Assembly (NCBI RefSeq): GCF_009914755.1
Contig: NC_060927.1
Length of the DNA: 64,000 nt
DNA from: the human T2T-CHM13v2.0 reference genome, Homo sapiens
Reading direction: 5' to 3' (one strand)
Made by a program: the position numbers and the translations under genes. Below are positions 15,782 through 33,904 of this stretch, one piece after another. Below the pieces are notes generated by a model that saw only the letters and a list, made by a program, of their open reading frames with translations, was not told where the DNA came from and searched no databases. Positions within the stretch are counted from its first letter, which is position 1. Every line of letters starts with the position of its first letter.

Positions 15782-17321
15782 TCCTTTGCTCCATTCTTTC
15801 AACAAGTATCCATTAGCTTTGTAGCAGACACCATGGGTGCCCCACTACATGTCTCCCTCTGTGTCCTTCAGTGCTCACCCAGTTCCCCACTGCTGCACCC
15901 ACATCACCTCGCCCAAGACTTTCTGACTTTGCAAAACCCATAGAGTCAGACAGAAGTGCTGGGGAACTCAGCCCCTTCTAAGAGCAACCCTCAACCTAAG
16001 ACTGATGGGATTTGGTAGGTAAATACCCCAGCTCCATCACCCTTTCGGGGGGATAACTAGAGGTGTGTGCCTATACTGGCTCCTAGCAAACTTCCTCTCC
16101 AGGTGTTCATAGTAGCAACTCAATTCCTAAAGCACCCCTATTGGTGACCTTCCCTTCCTTACTTCAAATCACCCCAAACAAAATACTTACACTAGCATCC
16201 TTGCCTCAGGGACTGCTTCTGGGGTAACCAAGACAAGCACTTGCTCTATGACAGATACTACTCTATGCTCTGTTATTATCTCCATTTTACAGATGAGGAA
16301 ACTGAGGCACGGAAAAATTAAGTAACTTGCCTGTGTGGTTAGCATCTGGTAGAGCTAGGATTCAAACACATGCAGTCTGGATCCTGGGTTCCTGCTCTAA
16401 AATAAAATTATACCAGTTTTTTCCTTAGCTGCAATTTGAGAGTAATATTCCCTATTTCATAGTGTCACTGTGAGGATTAAATGAGATAGTGCTTGCAAAG
16501 GGTTATTTGGGATATGGTACACAGTGAGCATTCAATAAATAGCAGCTTAAAACAACACTACAGCTACTATTACCCTAGTGCCAATGAGAGCTGAAACCAA
16601 ACTCTGAGGCCAGAGGTTGGGCTAGTGGCCTGCCAGCTTAAGGGGACCGGTCACTTGGAAGGCAGATCCATTATCTAAGAGGGAACACACAGCTAAGTGC
16701 GGAAGAAGGTGGTGGGTGTTGTTATAGCAACTGGCGAGTCTTTTTGTGTCCTCATAGCCAAGAATGTGGTGGAGCAGGAAAGGAAGAAGCTCCTGCCAGC
16801 ACCCAAAGGAAGTCAGCAGGAAGTTAAGCAGGGCTAAGACCCATGGGAGACCCCCTCCCAGCCAGACAAGCCCCGTCTCTCTGCCCTATCCTGGCCAGGG
16901 AGCCCCGACTTCCATACCCTGGGCTGGGAACAGCAGGGGGCCAGGCGGGTGCCTCCCCGCTGAGGCTGGGGGAGAGAGATGCTCAGAGGCCAGGCAAGGA
17001 GAGAGAACAGGGCAGGCCACAGCCCACAGATCTCAGCTGTGGGCAACCACAGGCAGTAAGCTTTGTGGGCCAAGGAAAGCACATTCCTTGCCCTGGGTGT
17101 AATGAGGGCTCCACAAGCACCGTCCAAGCCCAAGGTCTGGCAGCTCCACGAAGGAACAGCCTGGCCCTCGTGGACTCCGGGAGAAGAGCCTGCCAATGGC
17201 TAACAGCATAACCATCCAAGCTGAGAAACCAAGTCACCTCCCTTCTCTCTCTCCCTCTCTCTATCTTGTATGGTACTGATTTATATCTATGCATTGTCTT
17301 CCTCCGTGACTGTGATTTCCT

Positions 17322-17460
17322 CATCCAGCCAGCCAGCCAGCCATTGATTCATCCACCTTCCTATCCAACCTTCCATGCATCCTTTAATCCATCCATCTGT
17401 CCACCCATCCATCCATCCACCCATCCATCCATCTATCTATTGATTTGCCCATCTATCCAT
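17322..17460. repeat. (CATC)n degenerate microsatellite
   Basis: catccatccacccatccatcc runs. Confidence 0.8.
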
Positions 17461-19545
17461 ATATTGAGCTCTAATATATGCCAGGACCTAAGCTAGGCAT
17501 GCAAGATTTGGCTGTAAGCAAGAGAATCATGATCTTGGCCCTCTCAAAGCTCATAGTCTTATGGGAAAAGCAAATAGGCAGACAGGCATTGACCACACTG
17601 AGAAGGAAGCACACGATGTCAATGGTAGGCTGAGAGTTTCAAACTGATGGCCTATGGGATAGATTCACCACAGACGTATTCTAATTTGGCCTTGATACTG
17701 ATTGAAAATAAAGAAAACTTTACATAAATTTAAATCATGTACAAAAATTTACATAAAATTAAATTAAAATCATTTACATAAATTTAAATTTTCAGGTTTT
17801 CATGAAAACCCAGGATATCTGGCCACACTGAGCTTTCATTCTTAAATAGCAACAATCACTAGATCCTAACAGCAGAAACTCTCAAGTTCTTCCCATTCAC
17901 CACCAGTCCCTATTGCCCTACACATGGCCCGATCCCTCCAGACATTTTAGCCAGCCTGTCTAGGAATAGGTTCAAGAGGACTTACTATGGCAAAAAAAGG
18001 ACCTGAACCTCAAAGGTTTTTATTCAGAATGGCAAACAAGGCTGAGCCATGGTGGAAATCACAAGCCCTCAACTCTGGGGATGTCATGGATAGTGGTATG
18101 TAAGCTGGGATGGGAAATTGGACTGGAGTGTTCAGGTAGCATCAGCATACACACAGGTTCTGGGGCCCTCAGGATGAAACTACCAGGTATGGAGCCTCAG
18201 GAACATAAACCACCCCAGTTAAGCCTCCAACACAGGTGTCCTGGCTGCCTCTCCAAGGCCACATCCACCTCTCCAGCTTGCCTGACTCAGAGCATTCTCA
18301 GAGCTCACTTCTCCCCTAAGATGTTCTTGGCTCTCCTAGAACTCTGGGCTTGTCTTCTCAGACTTGGCATTAAATAATTAATTATTCAGTTTGTGGCTAA
18401 AGGTCTATGCTTCAGTTAAGGGTCTTAGGGTGCAAGCAACAGAAGTGGACTCAGGCTAATATTAATATATGCCAAAGGGAACTTACTGGAGTCATACTAG
18501 GGGCTCATAACCAAGTGAAGACTAAAGAACCTGGCTGGAACCAAGGCAGGAAGCAAAGAAATGTCTGAGGGCTGGCTGACGGGCCATGGGTCAGCCCCTT
18601 CAGGGAAGAAGGAGGGTCCTAGGCTTTACTCCCATCAGCTGTAGCCAAAGAGTGGAGGTAAGCCCTCAAAGGGAAATTGTCAGGGAATTAATCTGGATGT
18701 GCCCTGGTATAGATTTCAGCTGGGAAGTATCCATCCAAGTATTTTATACAAATGTAAGACAAAACCAAAGTTTAAAAAAATACACTAAAAGTAAAAAGTA
18801 AAATGAAACAAACCTACAAAAACCAACCACACAAATCATTTTTTAAAAAAAAGAGTAATTTGATTATACATCCTTGGTAGGATATACCCTGAAATCCTTA
18901 AGAAGAAAAAAACTGCAAAAAAGGAGAAAGGTACTAAGTACCCACCATGCATCATGTCGCTGTAGATGCTATGAAATGGTGATAAATAAGCTAGGCATCT
19001 CTACCCTCCTCTCTACCCTCCACCATCCATATCCCTTTCCAATAGCATCCCAATTTCCTTAAAAACGTTATTATGGAAAACCTCAAACACATACAAAAGT
19101 AGACAGAATCGCATAACAAACACTCATGTATTCACCACTCAGCATCCCCCATTATCCATCTTACTTCATTTTACCCCACCCACTTTTCCCCTCCCATATA
19201 ATTCCGAAGCAAATTCCAGATGATATAATTTCAGTATACCTTCATAAATATTTCAGTATGTCTCTCTAAATGATGACTTTAAAAAAAAAAACCAATACCA
19301 TTACCACACCTAAAACAAATAAATCCTTAATATCATCAAATATTCAGTCAGCATTCAGATTTCCAATTATTTCATAAACATTATAAAATGTCTCACAGAT
19401 GGTTTGTTTCAACCAGAAAACAAACAAGGTTCACACAGTGTGACTGCTTGATATGTGTCTGAAGACTCTATTAATTCATAGCTTCTCTCTCCAATGCTTT
19501 CTCCACCTTATAAGGGATGCGTCAAAAAAAAAACAAAAAACAAAA

Positions 19546-19832
19546 GGCCAGGTGCAGTGGTTCTTGCCTGTAATTTCAGTACTTTGGGAGGCTGAAGTAG
19601 GAGGATTGCTGGAAGCCAGGAGTTCAAGACCAGCCTGAGCAACACAGTGAGATCCCACTCTACAAAAACTTAATTAGTTGGGCATGGTGGCACACACCTG
19701 TAGTCCTACCTACTTTGGAGGCTGAGGCAAGAGGATCGCTAGAGCCCAGGAGTTTGAGGCTGTGGTGAGATATCATGGCACTCCAGCATGGGCAACAGAG
19801 CAAGACCCTGTCTGGGAAAAAAAAAAAAAAAA
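19546..19832 (+). mobile_element. AluJ-like inside an old L1 fragment
   Basis: Diverged dimer with A tail. Confidence 0.85.
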
Positions 19833-19949
19833 GCTGGCTTGATTTTCCTCTAGAGTTTCCCACAATCTAGATTTTGCTGATTGCATCCCTGTGGTGCTGT
19901 TTAACATGTTCCTCTGTCCTCTGAATTTCCCGGAAGCTGGTAGCTGATC

Positions 19950-20288
19950 TAGAGCTGTGCTGTGCAGTGCCATGGCCACCAGCCATATGAGGCTACTGAG
20001 CACTTGAAATGCAGTTGATCCAAATTGCAATGTGCTGGAATTGTAAAATACAGCCCAGGTTTAAAGACTTCATATGAGAAAAGAACAGAAGCTATTTCAT
20101 TGATCACTTTTTCTACTGATTATATCCTGGAATGCTAATATTTTTGATATATTGAGTTAAATAAAATATATTATTAAAATCGACTTCACGTCTTTCTTTG
20201 TACTTTTACAAATGTGATTTCTAGAGAATTCCAAATTGCAGGCATGAAATGTGACTCCCACTGATGTGTTTCATTGGATAGTGCTGGG
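19950..20288. mobile_element. MER33-like hAT DNA transposon
   Basis: gccaccagccatatgaggctactgagcacttgaaatg ... cattggatagtgctg termini. Confidence 0.6.
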
Positions 20289-21835
20289 CTAGAGGCTTGA
20301 TCAGATTTAAGTTCCATTTTCTGGCAAGACTCCCTTCAAGGTGATGCTGTGTTCTTCCACCAGGAGCCACAGAGTGTCTCCTGGCCTCTCCTTCTGTGAG
20401 GTTTGCAGTCACTGGTACCCAAAGCCTGGATCCATTAATCCAATGAGGATTGCAAAATTATGATATTCTCCTTCTACTATTTTATCTTTATTAGCACTTT
20501 TCTGTAAAGAACAACTTCTTGTGACCTTAAGGAAATTAAGTCGCTTCCTCAGAAATGTCTTCCCTGATGTCCCTGTTGAAGGGAATCCACAGTAGTTCCT
20601 TTCAGTGCACTATCTGTCTCCTTCATGGCCCTCTCTCCTATTGGCCATTATCAATGTATGTGCTTGCTTGCCTATTGACTGATGGCATCCTCCACTGTAG
20701 TGGAAGCCCCATAAGAGGAGGGTCTTCCTCTGGCTTGGTCATGCTTGAAGGCTTAGCCTCCCAGCCCGAGATGCCAGGGGTCTATGTGTGGAAGGGATAG
20801 AGGGATTCTGAAGCAGACAGAACCCCAGACCCTAACACGGGAAACCTGAGTTCTAATCTTGACTCTGCCATTTACTGAGGGACCCTGGGTCAGGCCCAAC
20901 TTCTGTGGGCCTCGATTTCCTCAAATGGAGCAGGCAGGTGGGCAGTCTGGTTGCTGAAGCATGGTTGCAGCTCTGAGGGGCTCTCCCTCTGCAAGACTGG
21001 CCTTCTACTAGCTCATGCTTCTAGAGGCCTCTCTCCCACCAGGGCTGCACAGGGACCAGGTGGCAGATGATTAAAGAGACACCCTGCAGCTAAGAAATTC
21101 AAAAGCTAATTAACCCCAGCTCGGCCGACTCAAGAGAAGCCAGTCTGGTACTGAACTGATGGCGGGTGGCATTAATACCTAATGGTTCATAAATCGCCCT
21201 CCTTCCCGAAATTCCTCCTGCTTCCAAAAGCACTTTCAATCAAGCAAAAAGCATCCACAAAGTGCCTCTGAGCCCTGTCCCCTGGGAGAAAGAGGCCATG
21301 AAACAGAAAGCCACCCCATCAGGAGCTAATGAGGGAACTGAACAGGCAGGATTTAACATTCACACACGTGTCAAGCAGAGCAGGGTGAGGAGTTTGCTTG
21401 CCCCCATCTTGCAAAGTTGTTGGAAAAATTCAGGGAAATAAGGAATGTGAAAGCTTTAACACTCTGTCTGGAGCATTCTTACTGCTCACAATCAGTATTG
21501 GTCTCTCACAGTCCCGCAGGGTCATCTCAGTAGACAGGAATATCCCCACCTGGCCTTTTGGGAAACTGAGGCTCAAGATAAAAACTGACTTGACCAAGGT
21601 TATACAGCTACTGGGTGGCAGAGCCCAACTCATGCTGACTTATTCATTCACTAAGAAATACTTCCTGGGCATCTGCTGTGTGCTGGACCCTATGCCAGGC
21701 ATTGAGGACACACAGGTGTGAGTCAGGGACTGAATTGGTCCCACTGAGAGGAAAAGAGGCAGGATTGGTATCCCATGTCAGTCACTGGCCACAGTTTGTC
21801 CTGGGTATGAAAGGTAGGAGCTCCCAAACAAGGGG

Positions 21836-22198
21836 TGTATTAGTCCATTTTCACACTGCTTTGATAAAGACATTACCTGAGACTGGGTAATTTATAAGGA
21901 AAAAGAGGTTTAATGGACTCACAGTTCCATGTGACTAGGGAAGCCTCACAATCATGGTGGGAGGTGCAAAGCACATCTTACATGGTGGCAGACAAGAGAA
22001 GAGCGCTTGTGCAGGGAAACTCCCCTTTATAAAATCATCAGATCTCTTGAGACTTATTCACTATCATGAGAACAGCACGGGAAAGACTCGCCCCCATGAT
22101 TCAGTTACCTCCCACCAGGTCCCACCCACAGCACGTGGGAATTGTGAGAGCTACAATTCAAGATGAGATTTGGGTGGTGACACAGCCAAACCATATCT
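21836..22198 (-). mobile_element. THE1-family MaLR solo LTR
   Basis: tgtattagtccattttcacactgct ... gacacagccaaaccatatc; 5-bp TSD AGGGG (21831-21835 / 22199-22203). Confidence 0.9.
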
Positions 22199-23237
22199 AG
22201 GGGGTTCCCATTTGGCTGAGGACAATTCTCAAAACAGGAGGGTCACCAATAGCACCCATCACAGATGATAAACAAGACAAGATGCAGCTTCTACCTCCAG
22301 GGGCCGCACAGTATCAAAAGAAACCCTCAGAAAACTCACTAAGGCTTCCTAATACCAATTTATCAAGGTTGTCCCTTTTTATGGGACGCAAGAGGGATTA
22401 CCAGTCATTAAAAACAACTTTGTGAGAACGTACTGTGTGCCAAACACTGTTGTAAGCCCTTGAGAGACAGAAGTGACAACAGGGAAAAAGCAGAGCTTAT
22501 ATTCCAGTGGAGGGCAGGGCCACCCTGTTGTCCAACTCCAGGAGTTGCCATTGCTGCATTACGTTGAAGTCAATGTGAATGGTGACCTCTATGGCTGTAC
22601 AGTGCACAGCCTGTGCAGCAGGACATGACTGTCCCAGTTGGGAGAGGCAAGTAACAAACAACATAGATAAGCATAAGATACCATGTTAGGTGGTGATAAA
22701 TGTTGAAGAACACAAAGCAGGGACTCCAGAGAGGATATGGGCATGGGTAAGGGCGCTATTTTAGATAGGGTGACCAGGGACAGCTCGCTGTGAAGATCAC
22801 CGCATCAGTCAGGGCGCAACAGAAAGTGGGTCGTTGGAGGAGAGTTAGCAAAGGGACTATTTACAGCGATGTGGGCAGGATGGAGGGAAACTATAGGGAG
22901 AGTGGGGCTATTATCCCCTTGTGGCAGAAAGGGGAGGACACGTGACAGACCACAAAGAGAGAGGGCAGTATGGAGAGCCCACTTGACAGTTGCCTGGAGA
23001 GCAAGCCTGGGAATAAATGTCCTGGCTTAACCCCTCTCTTCCCTCAGTCAATCTTTACACAGTGCCCCCATGGGCCAAATCCAGTGGAAGCCAGAGGGCC
23101 AAGAAGCATGTTGATTTCATCCTAGTCAACACCTGGGGACACAGCAGAGTGGACACCGGTATTGAGTGGATCCGGATGAATGGACCAAACACACTCCTAC
23201 AGGACACTGAGCAAAGCCCCAAAGGAGGCAGGGAGCA

Positions 23238-23434
23238 GGCCAGTGACGCCTGCAGGAGAGAACTCCAGGCAGAGGGGCAGCATGGGTGGGTCAGTGGATG
23301 CCTGCAAGAGCGCACCCCGGGCAGAGGGGACACCCTGGGCGGGTCAGTGGACACCTGCAGGAGAGCGCCCCGGGTGGAGGGGACACCCTGGGCGGGTCAG
23401 TGATGCCTGCAGGAGAGCACCCCTGGCAGAGGGG
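23238..23434. repeat. Tandem repeat, about 53-bp unit, about 3.7 copies
   Basis: gggtcagtg recurs at 23288, 23341 and 23394. Confidence 0.85.
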
Positions 23435-23851
23435 ATGGGCTTCGCCCTGAGGTGGAAGTGTGCCTGCTGCATCTACACAATAGCAATAGCGTACAGGCCT
23501 CTGTGGCCGTGGTAGAGTGAGAGGGGGTGGAGGAAATCAGAAGAGAGCAGGGTGCTGGGCGGGGCAGATTGTCTCGGCTTTTGAATGAGATGAAAAGCCC
23601 TGGAAGGATGCTGAGATGGGGAGGGGCATGGTCTAACAGGTTTTAGGGGCTCCCTCTGGCTGCGGTGCAGAGAACAGAGGGTACCAGGGCAGATGTGGAG
23701 GCAGGGAAGTCAGGCAGGAGGCTGTTGCAGAGGTCCAGGAGTGAGATGGTGGGGAGGTGCTGGAACAGGAGTGAGAGGAGTGAGGTGGTCACACATGGTT
23801 GGATAGTGATTCTACTTGAAAGTAGAGCAACGGGATTGGGCTGTAGGGTGT

Positions 23852-24287
23852 TGCTATGGTTTGAATGTTTGTCCCCCACAAAACTCACGGTGAAATTTCA
23901 TCCCCATTGTGGCAGTATTGACAGGTGGGGCCTTTAAGAGGTGACTGGATCATGAGGGCTCTGACCTCATGAATGGATTAATTCATTCATGCATTAGTGA
24001 ATTAATAGGTTAATGAATTAACGAGTTATCATGGGAGTGGGACTAGTGGCTTTATAAGAAAAAGAAGATAGACCAGAGCGGGCATGCTCAGCCCCCTCAC
24101 CATGTGATGCCTTGAGCTGCCTCTGGACTCTGCAGAGAGTCCCCACCAGCAAGAAGGCCCTCACCAGATGCAACCCCGCAACCTTGGACTTCTCAGCCTC
24201 CATAACTGTGAGAAATAAATTCCTATTCTTTATAAATTACCCCATTTCAGCTATTCTTCTATAAGCAACAGAAAACAGACTAAGACA
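23852..24287 (+). mobile_element. MST-family MaLR solo LTR
   Basis: tgctatggtttgaatgtttgtcccc ... aacagactaagaca; 5-bp TSD GGTGT (23847-23851 / 24288-24292). Confidence 0.9.
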
Positions 24288-24576
24288 GGTGTGAAAGAAA
24301 AAGAAGTTGTGACTCCTGGCTGGCATCCTTAAGCAACTTATCCACAGCCTGTATATGCCCCTTTTCAGACATGGTTGCTTGTCATTGGTGGAGAAGGAGA
24401 ACCTATAATGTCTGCAAATTCCCTGTAAAGTCTCTGGAGATGACTGCTGGCTGCAGGTAGGGAAGGAGCATAATATTAGTGTTATGGTTCTGCTTAAAAG
24501 ACGATGTCCTTGTCTTTTAGAGTTACATTCCGAAATACTTGCAGCTGAAATGATGAAAAGATATACTGCAAAACTA

Positions 24577-25072
<496 letters not shown>

Positions 25073-25399
25073 TTAGAGACCCATGTGATGGAATTGTTCT
25101 GTATTTTGACTGTGGTGGTGGTCACATGAATCTACATATGTGATGAAATTACAAACATTAATTATACACATGCATACACACACAAATGAGTGCATGTGAA
25201 ACTGGCGAAATCTGAATAAGGTCAGTGGATTCCATCAATGCCAATATCCTTGGTGTGATATTGTACTATAGTGACATCAGATGTTAGCACTGGGGAAAAA
25301 TGGTGGGAAAGGATATGGAACCTCTCTGTAGTCATTCTGACAAGTAGCTACATGTAAATCTATCATTATCTTAAAATTTTGTTTAAAAATTCCCAAAAG

Positions 25400-26449
<1,050 letters not shown>

Positions 26450-27413
26450 TTATAATTGGATGCCACCAGGGCCCCTTGTTTTCTGCCCTGAATGACATAA
26501 TAAAAGGCAGAGGGAAAGCCTTTGACAGACTCTCTGGGTGCCCTGCATTTCCATTTCAGTGCCATATAAAGAATCCCAGACAGCGCTCTCTCAGACAAGG
26601 GCAACATCCCTGATGTGGGAGTCCCTACAACAGTGAGGAATCAATTGTCAGTCAGCCCACACCGTGGTGACAGCCCTCCAAGACAGGTCCCTCCGCTTTG
26701 AGAACACGTAGAGGGAGCCTGGGCAACCAGCTAACCGCTACACAGCCTCCAGATCCTAGCTCCAGTGGCCCTTTCTCAAGAACACCTGTGATTTTCAGAA
26801 CCAGGTCATGTTTCTATATCTCAGGATCCCTATATATCCCAATTCTCCAGGAAAGTCTCAGTTTATGCCAGTGTCCAGGCATAATTATTAATGGCACCCA
26901 CTTCCACTCTCAAAGCGTTCAGGCTTAGTAAGTAAATTATGTCGTCACCCCAGCTATTACCGACTTACAGAGCTGCTCATAATTGACTAAGTAAGAAGAC
27001 GTAATGTCCGTCTCCCTGGGTCCTAGAGGGCAGGGACATGCCTGTCTTCTTCACTGTCATATGTGCAACGCCTAGCACAGAGCTTTGTGTACAGCACTAC
27101 ATGTACGATAGCATACAAGAGTTCTCCCCATAAATCCCCTGCACATCTGCTGTCTCAGTGTCTGTGTCTTAAAGGATCTGAACTGGCGCCCCAGCCATTG
27201 CAATAGCACTGTGAGCTGGGAACCCGAGTCTGTTTCTACCGTGCCATCCAAGGCGCCCTGCTTCCCACGGTAAGGAGGTGAGACCTTGCCCAGCCCCCTC
27301 CTCCAGTACTCACAGCCAGCAGTGGAGAAATGCAGTCTCTGGCTAGTGCCCTTGTACCTTCACAGATTTTTCTTTTCCATTTCTCCGCCTTGACCAGTTA
27401 ACTCAAGAAAATA

Positions 27414-27417
<4 letters not shown>

Positions 27418-27455
<38 letters not shown>

Positions 27456-27460
27456 TCTCT
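27418..27460. repeat. (CT)n microsatellite
   Basis: Read directly from the sequence. Confidence 0.95.
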
Positions 27461-27761
27461 CCCCCACCATCCCTCTGGGTCTCAACCTTTGAGAGTTTCT
27501 CGCCAACTCTTACGTCCTCCCCCTCACCCACATTTAACTCTCCCATCCAAAATCAGCCTTATAAACATGAGTTTCATCCATGGCATAAGCTAAATCGAGA
27601 AGAGATGTAACAAGAATTACACGACATGTGAAGCTCTTGAATGTATCCAGACATTGTCATCTGCATCTTCACAAATGTCTGGCCTCCACTAATTAAATTT
27701 GCCTTTCTCCAGCTGCAATATTCAAGATCAATGAAATAGAAAAGGGCATTGATTAAACTGC

Positions 27762-27930
27762 TGTAGTTCTAGTGGTGCGTAAGCCTGGCTGCACTTTAGA
27801 ATCCCCAGGAAACTTCTAAAAAACAGCAATGCCCAGGCCCCACCCCAAGAGATTTAGATTTAATTGCTCAGAGGTGGGGCCTAGACATCAACTTCCCTGG
27901 GGTATGAGAGTGTGCGGCCAAGAACAACGG
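27762..27930. mobile_element. MER5A-like hAT MITE
   Basis: aatgcccaggccccaccccaagagatttagatttaattg core. Confidence 0.6.
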
Positions 27931-28261
27931 TTGCAAGAAGCTTTCTACATGCTTTAGCTAATTCTGTCAGGTGAGTGCTAGGATCTCATTTTGCAACATG
28001 AGAGAACTGGTGCCTAGCGACCTGGAAGGAAATAGAACTCAGATGTCCCAAGTCTGTGCCCAGTGCTAGCCAGAGGCAGCCTGGGAGCTAGGAAGAAAGC
28101 ACCAAGGAAAGCATTTCCCCTCTCCCTCCCCAGTCCCCTCCACCCAGCGAATTATCCAGCTGTTGCTTAGGGCGCTATTCTTCACCTTAAGATGCCAGTC
28201 CCTGGGTTGGGTTGGGTTTTCTTATGCGAACATCCTGGAACAGTTATTTATCCAATTATAC

Positions 28262-28742
28262 TGAGGGGAGAGAGAGACCCTCTCATATTGTTTTATATTG
28301 TTTTATACTCAGTACCTGTTTTAAGAAAAAACAACAAGGAAGTAAAACCAAAGACAGGCAGTCCGGCGCCAGGCCCAAAACCAGGCCTAGGCCTGCCTGG
28401 CCTAAACCCAGTAGTTAAAAATCAACTCATAACTTAGAAACTGATGTTATTCATAGATTCCAGACATTGTAGAGAAGAACATTGTGAAACTCCCTGCCCT
28501 GTTCTTTTTCTCTCTGACCACCGGTGCATGCAGCCCCTGTCACATACCACCTGCTTATCAAATCAATCACGACTCTTTCATGTGAAATCTTTAGTGTTGT
28601 GAGCCCTTAAAAGGGACAGAAATTGTGCATTCGGGGAGCTCGGATTTTAAGGCAGTAGCTTGCCGATGCTCCCAGCTGAATAAAGCCCTTCCTTCTACAA
28701 CTCGGTGTCTGAGAGGTTTTGTCTGCAGCTCGTCCTGCTATA
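28262..28742 (+). mobile_element. ERV1 solo LTR (LTR15-like), 481 bp
   Basis: Starts TGAGGGGAGAGAGAGACCCTCTCATATTG; TATA-like cttaaaa; AATAAA at 28679-28684; ends GCTATA (TA instead of CA); 4-bp TSD ATAC (28258-28261 / 28743-28746). Confidence 0.85.
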
Positions 28743-29099
28743 ATACTTTGTAAGATAGTGCTTAGTTGTCATGTCTGTCTTCCTCGTCCCAGAGATCTGG
28801 GTCTTACTGTCACGGATTTGACTGTAGAACCCAGCACAATGCTTGGCTCACAGTAGATGCTCCAAGAAGGTTTGTTAAAGATTGTTTGGGCACATGTGAA
28901 ATGGGACAGAGCGTTAGATGGGCAGTCAGACAGGCAGGAACACATGGTTGGGTGGATGATAAACAGATGAATAGATGAATAGATATAAAGGAAGGCATGG
29001 CAATCAATTGGAAGAGTGGATGGGTGGATGAAAGAATGAATTTGTCTATGCCCTGGTTTGTGTCACAAAGGATTTGAGGTGCTTATAGTACAATTTAAA

Positions 29100-31600
<2,501 letters not shown>

Positions 31601-31749
31601 AATGAGGAAATAAAGAACCTGGGAACATGTAATTCAGATTAAAAGCTCAAGACCAGGGGCAAAATTAGAAAGCAGAGGGAGGGAGAAAGAAGGAGAGGGG
31701 GAGAGAGTAGAAGAAAAAAAAGAAGGAAATGTGGTCATGTTTTACATTG

Positions 31750-32070
31750 GTTTTTGTTTTGTTTTGTTTTGTTTTTGAGAGAGACAGAGATAGAATTTCG
31801 CTCTTGTTGCCCAGGCTGGAGTGCAATGGTGCGATCTTTGCTCACCGCAACCTCCGCCTCCTGGGTTCAAACAATCCTCCTGCCTCTGCCTTTGCCTCCT
31901 GAGTGGCTGGGATTACAGGCACCTGCCACCACGCCAGCTAATTTTTTGTATTTTTAGTAGAGGCGGGGTTTCACCATGTTGGCCAGGCTGGTCTAGAACT
32001 TCTGACCTCAGGTGAACGAGGCCTCCCAAAGTGCTGGGATTACAGGCCTCGTGAGCCACCATGCTCAGCC
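31750..32070 (-). mobile_element. Alu (S-type, small indels)
   Basis: Dimer with (GTTTT)n tail; tacattggt TSD. Confidence 0.85.
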
Positions 32071-32192
32071 CTACATTGGTATGATTAGATAACTGTGCCT
32101 CAGTGTGCATGAGTTCCAGATCTTGTACAGAGAAAATGTTTTCATAGGAAGGGTAAGGAGGGGCCTGAAGCAGACATGGAGGTGACAACTGA

Positions 32193-32543
<351 letters not shown>

Positions 32544-33904
32544 CTAAACCCAGCTCATTTTAAACATTGGTTTCAATTCCATTCACCCTATGATGGAGCA
32601 TCCTGCCCCTCCCCGACAACTCCCATACACCACTGAGCCTCCCCTACCCCAGGTGCCTGCAAGCCCCTCAGAGACCAAGGCTGTGTGCCAGGGCTTTTCT
32701 CTCCCAGAACATCCTTGATAGCCACATTTAGAAAACAGTCGCCAGAATGGCCTCTGTATTGCCAGCAGTTTGGCAGTGGGAAAGCCAGCTTTTGGCTTCC
32801 AGACAGGAAAAGCAAGGCGTGCTGACCACACACAGCCTGCACCTCAGTGACCCTCTGGCCAGAGGCTGCCTTAGGATTCTGGGAGGAGAGCTAGACCTGG
32901 TTCCCAGCAGCAACACCTCGGGAGGTTAAAAAATACAGATGACTGGGTCTCTACCCCAACCCAGCAGTAGGATCCAGGGATCCTTATTTCTAACAAACTC
33001 CCCCGATGATTCCAACACACGTCAAGGCTGGAAGCAACCGATTCGTTTCTTTGGGCCTCAGTTTCCCCATCCAACTTAAAACTCACACAGGAGTCTAGAT
33101 AATCTTCTTTGAGCCTCACGGCCATCTAAAAAAATGTCATTGTTCCCATTTTTGAGATGGGAAGAATGGAGGTTTATAGAGGCAAAGGGATGAAGGGGTG
33201 GGCCACATGGTCATTAGTCTTTTTCGGCGCTGGGGTTTGAAGATCCTAAGACGACCTAAGGAAGGCAGCTGAATCCGCCTTCCAAACCCCTGGGGTAGAC
33301 TCAGGCTCTCACACACCCAGGAGAGTCATTTCTAGGCACATCTTCTCGGGTGACTCATGAGCACCAAGGCAGGCCTGTGTGTCCAAGCGCCTGCACAGGC
33401 AGAAGCGAGGCTCTTTCCCATAACCGGAACCCTTACCGTGCCCCTAGCAAACTCCCAGCTCCTGCCTGACAAGTTACTGCCTAACCCGTGACTTATTTCG
33501 GGAATCCCTGACGCATTTCTTTACCGTCCCTCATTTCAAAGCACACCATGCCGGCAGCACTTGGAGGTGGTATGTGCTGGGAAACTGACCAACAGTTTAG
33601 TCAGACTGAGTCACTTCAAGGAGGGGAGTGGAGACAGCAGTGGGTGCCAGATGACACGGAGCTGTCGGCTTCCGTGTGCATTTTCTTTTGATAGTAGCCG
33701 TAGAGAAGTTGTCCGCCAGGCAGCCCTCAATGGGATTTTTCATTTAAGAAAAATCACTCTGCTCGTGCACTGATGGAGAAATGAACTACAAGAAGCAAGC
33801 CCTGAGGTCTGGAGACAGGAAGCTACTGAAACCAGCCAGGTGAGAGGCAATTACCGCCTAGACTCCGCTGGGGCGTGGGGAAGAGAATGGAGGGGTGACG
33901 GGCT

